Source: Longimicrobiales bacterium
GTDB taxonomy: Bacteria; Gemmatimonadota; Gemmatimonadetes; Longimicrobiales; Gaopeijiaceae
Reading direction: 5' to 3'
DNA length: 64,000 nt
NCBI GenBank assembly: GCA_965202985.1
Contig: CBDBCF010000002.1
Span: 608,001 to 672,000, forward strand
Positions 12,201 to 21,200 of the stretch are shown here, in pieces. Both the position numbers and the translations under genes were made by a program. The notes under the pieces are model-generated. The model searched no databases. It was not told where the DNA came from and was given only the letters and a program-made list of their open reading frames with translations. Each line of letters starts with the position of its first letter. Positions within the stretch are counted from its first letter, which is position 1.

Positions 12201-15200
12201 CGAACGCCCAGCTCTCCGGGCCCGTCTCCGCGTCCTCGCCTGCGCCCACGTAGCGCAACTCGCCCGTAACAGCGTCCACCTCGAACCGCTCGGCGTCGCC
12301 TTCGGCCAAGCTGTACACAGGCGGGTCGTCCCGGTCCGGGTCCGTCGCCCGCACGACGCCCAGCACCAACGGTCCCGCAACGTTCTCCGCCAACTCGAAC
12401 GCATACGCCGAGTCCGCGAACGCCGGCGCCTCGTTCACGTCCGCAACCACCACCGTCGCCGTCGTCCGCGCCGTACGGCCCACCAAGTCCGTCGCCGTCG
12501 CCTCCAACACCCACGGCCCCGCGCCGCCCTCGTAGTCCTCGCCACCGCCAACGTACCGCAACTCGCCCGTCTCCCCGTCCAGCTCGAACCGCTCGGCGTC
12601 GCCTGCCACCAGCGCGTAGGTCAGCGTGTCGCCCTCGTCCGGGTCCACCGCCTCCAACACGCCCAGAACCAGCGGACCCGCAGCGTCCTCCGCCAGCTCG
12701 AACACCCAACGCTCCTCGACGAACGACGGCGCCTCGTCGTTCTCGTTCACAACCTTCACCGTCACCTTCGCCGTCGTCTCGAGCTGCTCGTCCTCGCCCA
12801 CGCCGTCCGTCACCGCCACCACCAGCATCACGTACTCCGAACGCTGCTCCGCGTCCTCGCCTCCGCCAACGTAAGTCACCACGCCGCTCGACACGTCCAC
12901 CTCGAACAGCCCCTCGCCTCCGCTCTCCAACCCGTAGCGCACCTCGGCATCGAGAGGACTCGCCGCGACCACCTCGCCCACCGGCAGCGGGCCCGCAACG
13001 TTCTCCGCCAACTCGAACTCGTACTCCAACCGACCGAACACCGGGTCCAGGCTGCCCGCGCCGTTCACCGCGTGGTCCGTCAGGTCCGTCACCGCGTGCG
13101 CGCCCAGGTCCAGAACCGCAGCAGCCTGGCCGCCCGCGATCCGCAGCGCGCCCGCAGCCTCCGCCAGCGCGTCCGCCGGGATGCTGATCCCGTCCGGGTC
13201 CCGGTCCGCCGGCCGGACCACGTACTCGAACGCCAGCACCGTCGTGCCCGAGCCCGACACGTAGCGCGCGTGCCGCGTCGTGCCGCCCACGTCGATCGCC
13301 AGCCGCGCCGCAGCCGTGTTCGCAGCCGTCATCGACGCCGCCAGCGCCGGCGACGACGACGCGCCCGCCACGTCGACCGGTCGGCTGAACGTCACCTCGA
13401 CACGGATCACGCCGCCCGCGCCGTACAGTCCCGTCGCCACAGGCTCGCTCGTCACCGCCACGCCGACCACCACCGGCGCGACCTCGACCGTGCCGTCCAC
13501 CTTGTCGGCAGCCGCCGCGACGATCGCCTGAGCGCCCAACGCCAGCGTCGCCGGACGAACGCCGTCCGCCGTGTTCACGATCGTACCGCCGTTCAGCGTC
13601 AGCGCAGCCGCAGCAACGCCCACGCCGTCCGCGTCCGCATCCACGCCGCCCGTACCGCTGCCGCCGCTGCCCGCGCCCTGCACCCGGTACGCGAACGACA
13701 GCGTCGCCGTGCCGCTGCCGTCCGCGTAGCTCGCCTGACGCGCAACCGCGCCCACCGTCAGCGCCAGACGCGGCGACCCCGTCACCGTCACCGCGCGGTC
13801 GAACGTCACCTCGACCTCGATCCGCTCGCCCAGGCCGTAGGTGTCCGCGCTGTCCGGCGTGCTCGACACCGCTACGCCCGTCACCGACGCGCCCGCCAGC
13901 GTCCCGTCCACCTTGTGGCCAGCAGCCGCGCTCAACGCATGGCTGCCCAATCCCAACGCCGCCGCAGTCGAGCCGTCGCGGGCGTCCGCGATCGCGCCGC
14001 TGTTCAGCGCCAGCGCGCTCGCGCCGACCTCGATGCCGTCGGTGTCCGCGTCCGCAGCCACCACTACGTAACGGAACGTCAGCGCTCGCGTGCCCGTCCC
14101 GCTCGCGTAGTCCGCCTGCCGCGTCTGCGCACCCACCGTCAGCGCCACCCGAGGCGTGCCCGTCACCGCCACCCGACGGTTGAACGTCACCTGAACCTCG
14201 ATCCGCTCGTCGCGGCCGTACGTCGTCGCCACCGCAGGCGAACTCGTCAGCGACACGCCAGACACCGACGCCGCCGTGAACGTGCTGCCCGCAACCTTGT
14301 GGCCCGCGCTGTTCGTCACCGCGTGGGCACCCAGCCCCAGAACCGCGTCCACCGTGCCGCCCGCCACGTCGATCGTCCCGCCGTTCAGCGCCAGCGCGCT
14401 CGCGCCGATGCTGATCCCGTCCGCGTCCGCGTCCGCAGTCACCACCACGTAACGGAACACCAGCGACGCCGTGCCCGTGCCCGAAGCGTACGACGCCTGC
14501 TTCGTTGTGCTGCCGATCCCCAACGCCAGCTGCGGCGTGCCCGTCACGTCCACCGCCTTGTTGAACACCACCGTCGCAACCACCGTGTCGCCTCGCTCGA
14601 ACGTGTCGCCCACCACGGGCGACGCGATCGTCACGCCGCTCACGCCCGGCGGGCCCTGAGCACCGTCCACTCGGTGGCCGCCGCTGTTCGAGACCGCGTG
14701 GCCGCCCAACCCCAGGCTCGCAGCCTCGTTCGCGTCGCGCGCGTCCGCGACCGTCCCGCCGTTCAGCGACAACGCGCTCGCGCCGATGCCGATCCCGTTC
14801 CCGTCCGCGTCGCCAGCAACCACCGTGTAGGCGAACGACAGCACCCGGCCACCCGTCGTCGCCACGTACGACGCCTGTCGCGTCCGCGAACCGATCGTCA
14901 GCGCCAGCTCCGGCGACCCCGTCACCGCCACGTTCCGGTTGAACGTCACATCGACACCGATCTCCTCGCTCAACCCGTACGTGCCGCCGCCCGCCGGACT
15001 GCTCGTGATCGTCACCGCGCTCACCGACGCCGCCGTGAACGTCCCGCCCGCGACCCGGCGCCCGCCCGCGTTGCTGATCGCATGATGCGCCAAGCTCAAC
15101 AACGCGTCCGTCGTACCGCCCGCCACGTCGATCGTACCGCCGTTCAGCGTCAGCGCATTCGCGCGGATGCTCAACCCGTCCGTGTCCGCGTCGCCCGAAA

Positions 15201-18200
15201 TCACCACGTACCGGAACTCCAACGACGTCGTGCCCGTCGCCGCGCTCGCGTAGGCTCCCACCTGCTGTGCGCCAATCGACAACGCCAGCTGCGGCGCGCC
15301 CGTCACGTCCACCGCCTTGTTGAACGTCACCGTCGCAACCACCGTGTCGCCTCGCTCGAACGTGTTGCCCACCGGCGGCGCTGCCACCGCCAACCCCACC
15401 ACGCCCGGCGGACCCAGGCTGCCGTTCACCTTGTGCGACGCAGCGTTCGATATCGCACGCGCGCCCAGTCCAAGCGCAGCAGCAGCAGCGCCCGGACGCA
15501 CGTCGGCGATCCCGCCCCCGTTCAGCGCGAGCGCGCTCACGCCGATGCCGATGCCGTCCGTGTCCGCGTCCGAAGGACGGATCGCGTACCCGAACACCAG
15601 CGTGTCCGCCTTGCTCGAAGCGGCATCGTAGCCGGCCTGTCGCGTCGTGGTCCCGATCGTCAGCGCCAAGCGCGGCGCGCCCGTCACCGCCACCGGACGG
15701 TTGAACGCCACCTTCACCTCGATCGACTCGCCCAGCTGGTACGTGCTCGCGCTCGCCGGAGCGCTCGATATCGTCACCGCGCTCACAGCCGGCGTCGTGA
15801 ACGTGCCGCCCGCAACCTTGTGGCCCGCGCTGTTCGTCACCGCGCTCGTACCCAGCCCCAGCGTCGCGTCCAGCGTCCCGCCCGCGACCTTGATCGTGCC
15901 GCCGCTCAGCGCCAACGCGCTCGCCGCGATGCCGATGCCGTCGGAGTCCGCGTCGCCCGCCGCCACCACGTAACGGAACACCAGCGTGTCCGTGCCGCTC
16001 CCGCTCGCGTAGATCGCCTGCCTGGTCGCGCTCCCGATCGTCAGCGCCAACCGCGGCACACCCGTCACGTCCACCGCACGGTTGAACACCAGCTCGACCT
16101 CGATCGTCTCGCCACGCTCGAACGTGTCGCCAACCGTCGGAGAGCCGATCGACAGCGACGTCACCCCCGGCGGCCCGCGGCTGCCGTCCACCTTGTGCGC
16201 AGCAGCGTTCGATATCGCGGACGAGCCCAGACCCAGGCCCGCCGCCATCGTACCGCCCCGAGCGTCGTTGATCGTGCCGCCGTTCAGCGCCAACGCGCTC
16301 GCCACGATGCCGATCCCCGTCGAGTCCGCGTCCGCCGCCACCACCGTGTAGCGGAACGCCAGCGCCGTCGTCCCGCTCCCGCTCGCGTAAGACGCCTGAC
16401 GCGTCTGCGAACCGATCGTCAGCGCCAGCTGCGGCACGCCCGTCACCGTCACCGGACGCGTGAACCCAACCTCGACCTCGATCACCTCCGTACGTCCGTA
16501 CGTGCTGTCGCTCGACGGACTGCTCGATATCGTCACGCCGCTCACCGCAGCAGCCGTGAACGTACCGCCCGCAACCTTGTAGTTCCCGTTGTCGGTGACA
16601 TAGTGGTCCCGCAAGCTCAGCACCGCGTCCGTCGTCGCGCCCGACCGACGGACCGTACCGCCGTTCAAAGCCAACGCGCTCGTCCCGATGCTCAACCCGT
16701 CCGCGTCCGCGTCCGCCGTCACCACCACGTACCGGAACACCAGCGTGTCCGTCCCCGTCCCCGCAGCGTAGCTCGCCTGCTTCGTCGCGCTCCCGATCCC
16801 CAAAGCCAGCTGCGGCGTCCCCGTCACCGCCACCGACTTGTTGAACGCCACCTTGACCTCGATCGTCTCGCCGCGCTCGAACGTGTCGCCAACCTCCGGC
16901 GAACCGATCGACAACCCCGTCACGCCCGGCGGACCCTGCGCGCCGTCCACCTTGTGCGACGCCGCGTTCGATATCGCGCTCGAGCCCAGCCCCAGGCTCG
17001 CCGCCGTCGAACCGTCACGCGCGTCGTTGATCGTACCGCCGTTCAGCGCCAACGCGCTCGTCCCGATGCCGATGCCATTCGCGTCCGCGTCCCCCGCTAC
17101 CACCTCGTACCCGAACGTCAGCGTCTTCGTGCCCGTGCCGCTCGCGTAGTCAGCCTGCCGCGTCGCAGCACCCACCGTCAGCGCCACCCGCGGCGCGCCC
17201 GTCGCGTTCACCGGCCGCACGAACGTCACCTCGACCTCGATCTGCTCGCCCAGACCGTACGTGTCCCCGCTCGACGGACTGCTCGAGATCGCCACCCCGC
17301 TCACCGACGACGCCGTGAACGTGCCGCCCGCAACCTTGTGGCCCGTGCTGTTCGATATCGCGTGCGTCCCCAGCCCCAACGTCGCGTCCAGCGTCCCGCC
17401 CGACAGACGGATCGTCCCGCTGTTCAACGCCAAAGCGCTCGTCCCGATGCTCAACCCGTCCGCGTCCACGTCCGCCTGCACCACCGTGTACTGGAACACC
17501 AGCGACGCCGTGCCGCTCCCGCTCGCGTAGCTCGCCTGTCGCGTCTGACTCCCGATCCCCAAAGCCAACTGCGGCGTCCCCGTCACCGCCACCGCGCGGT
17601 TGAACGTCACCGTCGCTTCAATCGCGTCGCCCCGCTCGAACGTGTCGCCCACGGGCGGCGACCCGACGACCACGCCGATCACACCCGGCGGTCCCTGCGC
17701 ACCGTCCACCTTGTGCGCAGCAGCGTTCGATATCGCGTTCGAACCCAAGCCCAGCCCCGCAGCCTCGCTCGCGTCACGTGCGTCGGCGATCGTGCCGCCG
17801 TTCAGCGCCAACGCGCTCGTCCCGATGCTGAGCCCGTTCGCGTCCGCGTCCGCAGCCACAACCGTGTACTGGAACGTCAGCGTCTTCGTGCCGCTCCCGC
17901 TCGCATACGCAGCCTGGCGCGTCTGCGAACCAATCGTCAACGCGACCTGCGGCGCGCCCGTCACCGCCACGTTGCGGTCGAACGTCACCTCCACCTCGAT
18001 CTGCTCCGTACGACCGTACGTGCTGTCGCTCGCCGGACTGCTCGAGATCGACAACCCCGCTACCGACGACGCCGTGAACAACCCGCCGTTCACCACCAGA
18101 AAGTTCTCGAACGCTTGATGCTCCAAGCTCAACAAGGCGTCCGTCGTACCGCCCGCAACGTCGATCGTACCGCCGTTCAGCGCCAAGGCGCTCGCGCCTA

Positions 18201-21200
18201 CGCTCAATCCGTCCGCGTCCACGTCCGCCGTCACCACCACGTAACGGAACACCAGCGACGCCGTGCCCGTCCCCGACGCATACGCCGCCTGTCGCGTCTG
18301 CGAACCGATCCCCAGCGCCAGCCGCGGCGTGCCCGTCACGTCCACCGCCTTGTTGAACCGCACCGTCGCAACAATCGTGTCGCCGCGCTCGAACGTCGTG
18401 CCCGTCGGCGGCGACGCCACCGTCAGGCCCGTCACGCCCGGCGGACCCAGCCCGCCGTTCACCTTGTGCGAAGCGTCGTTCGTCACCGCGCTCGTGCCCA
18501 GCCCCAGCGCAGCAGCAGCCGCGCCCGGACGCACGTCGGCGATCGTCCCGCCGCTCAACGTCAGCGCGCTCGCTGCGATGCTCAACCCGTCCGCGTCCAC
18601 GTCCGAAGGACGAACCGCGTAACCGAACACCAGCGTGTCCGCCTTGCTCGAAGCCGACTCGTAGCTCGCCTGACGAGCGACCGTCCCAATCGTCAGCGCC
18701 AGCCGCGGCGTGCCCGTCACCGCCACAGGCCGCCCGAACGCCACCTTCACCTCGATCGACTCGCCCAACTGGTACGTCTGACCGCTCGCCGGAGCGCTCG
18801 ACACCGTCACCGCAGTCACCGCCGGCGTCGTGAACGTCCCGCCCGCCACTTGGTGGCCGCCGCTGTTCGTCACCGCGCTCGCGCCCAGCCCCAACGTCGC
18901 GTCCAGCGTCCCGCCCGACAGACGGATCGTGCCGCCGCTCAACGTCAGCGCGCCCGCGCCGATGCTCAATCCGTCCGCGTCCGCGTCGCCCGACGCCACC
19001 ACGTACCGGAACAGCAACCCCGTCGTCCCCGAACCGCTCGCGTAGCTCGCCTGCCTCGTCGCGCTCCCGATCGTCAGCGCGAGCCGCGGCGTGCCCGTCA
19101 CATCCACCGCGCGGTTGAACTCCAGCTCGACCCCGATCGTCTCGCCACGCTCGAACACGTCGCCCACCACGGGAGAACCGATCGTCAGTCCCGTCACCCC
19201 CGGCGGTCCCAGGTTGCCGTCCACCTTGTGCGCCGCAGCGTTCGTAATCGCGTTCGCGCCCAAGCCCAGGCTCGCGTTCGTCGTGCCGCCCGCGATCCGG
19301 ATCGCGCCGCCGTTCAGCGCCAACGCGCTCGCGCCGATGCTGATCCCCGTCGAATCCGCGTCCGCAGCCGCCACCGTGTACTCGAACCTCAACGTCCGCG
19401 TGCCCGTACCCCCCGCGTAATACGCGAACCTGGACACGCTCCCGACGGTGATCAACACGTACGGCGTCCCGAGAGTTGTCGCCCCCGGCGTGCCCGTCAC
19501 GTCCACCGAACGCTCGAACTCCACCTCCACCTCGATCGCCTCCGTACGTCCGTACGTGCTGTCGCTCGCCGGCGCGCTCGATATCGCCACGCCGCTCACC
19601 CCAGGCGCCACCTCCTTCGTCCCGTCGACCTGGTACGCCACCGCGTCCGCGAAGTTCCACGGAACCAGCGACAGCCGAGCGTCCGTCGCCGTCCCCGTCG
19701 CGCGAATCGTCGCGCCGCCCGGCAGCGTCAGAGCGCTCGCACCGATGCTGATCCCCGTCGAGTCCGCGTCCGCAGCAACCACCGTGTAGCAGAACACCAA
19801 GATGACGCCGCCCGACGTGTCGCACAGCGCAGCGCTCCGCGTCTGCGCACCGATCCCCAAAGCCAGCCGCGGCGTGCCTGTCGCCGTCACGCCCGCGTTG
19901 AACCCCACCCCCACCCGAATCTGGTCGCCCAGTCCGAACACGCTGTCCGTGCTCGCGTAAGAAATCCCGGTGTTCGCCGCCGACATGAAGAACGCGCTCG
20001 TCACGTACGGTACGGCGCCCGAAACCTTGTGCGCCGATGCGTTCGAAAACACGTGCGACCCCAACGCCAGGTCCGCCGCGTCCGACCAGAGCCGACCGTC
20101 CACAAGCGTGTCCGCCGCGCTCACCGCCAAAGCGCCCGCACCCACGCTGATCCCGTCCGCGTCCGCGTCCGTCGCCTGTACCACGTACCGGAACGTCACA
20201 CGCGTGGACGTCGCGTCCCTGCGGTTGTACTCCGCCTGACGCGTCGAGTCGCCGACCTCCAACGCCAGACGCGGCGTCCCCCCAACGTACACGCCCCGCA
20301 CGAACTCCACCTCCACCTCGATCGCCTCGCCCCCCAAGTACGTGTCCCCAACCACAGGACTGCTCGTTATCCTCAACCCCTTCACCACCGGCGTCGTCCG
20401 CGTGTTGCCCGCCACCTTGTGCGCAGCACTGTTCGTCACCGCGTGAGCGCCCAAACCCAACGCCGCGTCCGTCGTCGTCCCCATCTGCCGGATCGTCGAC
20501 CCGGACGGAGTTTCCAGCGCGTTCGCGCCGATGCTGATCCCGTCCGCGTCCGCGTCCGTCTGGAACACCGTGTACTCGAACTCCAGCGACGTCGTCCCCG
20601 AACCCCTCGCGTAGAGCGCGTTCCGCAAACTCGACCCGATCCCGAGCCGAACCCGCGGCCTGTTTGCGCCTGTGGTGGGCGTCACCGTCACCGCCGCGTT
20701 GAACTCCACCGTCACGACCACCACGTCGCTCAACTCGAACGTGCTGTCCGCCGGAGCATCGCCGATCGACACGCCCGTCACACCCGGCGGCCCCAGATTG
20801 CCGTCCACCTTGTGCGCCGACGCGTTCGTGATCGCGTTCGTCCCCAACCCCAAGTTCGCGGTCGCCGTGCCGCCCGCGATCCGGATCGTCCCGCCGTTCA
20901 GCGCCAGTGCGCTCGCGCCGATGCTGACCCCCGTCGCGTCGCTGTCCGTCGGCGCAACCGTGTAGCGGAACCTCAAGGAGCGGGTTCCGGTGCCCGCCGC
21001 GTAGTCCGCCTGCCGCGTCTGCGTCCCGATCCCCAGCGCCACCTGCGGCGTCCCCGTCGCGTCCACCGGACGGTCGAAGTCGACCTTGACCTCGATCACG
21101 TCGCCCGTCGCGTACGTCGAGTCGGCGCCCGCGTCGCTGCTGATCGACACGCCGCTCACGTTCGGCGCCGCCTCCTTGGCGCCGTCAACCTGGAAAGCGA

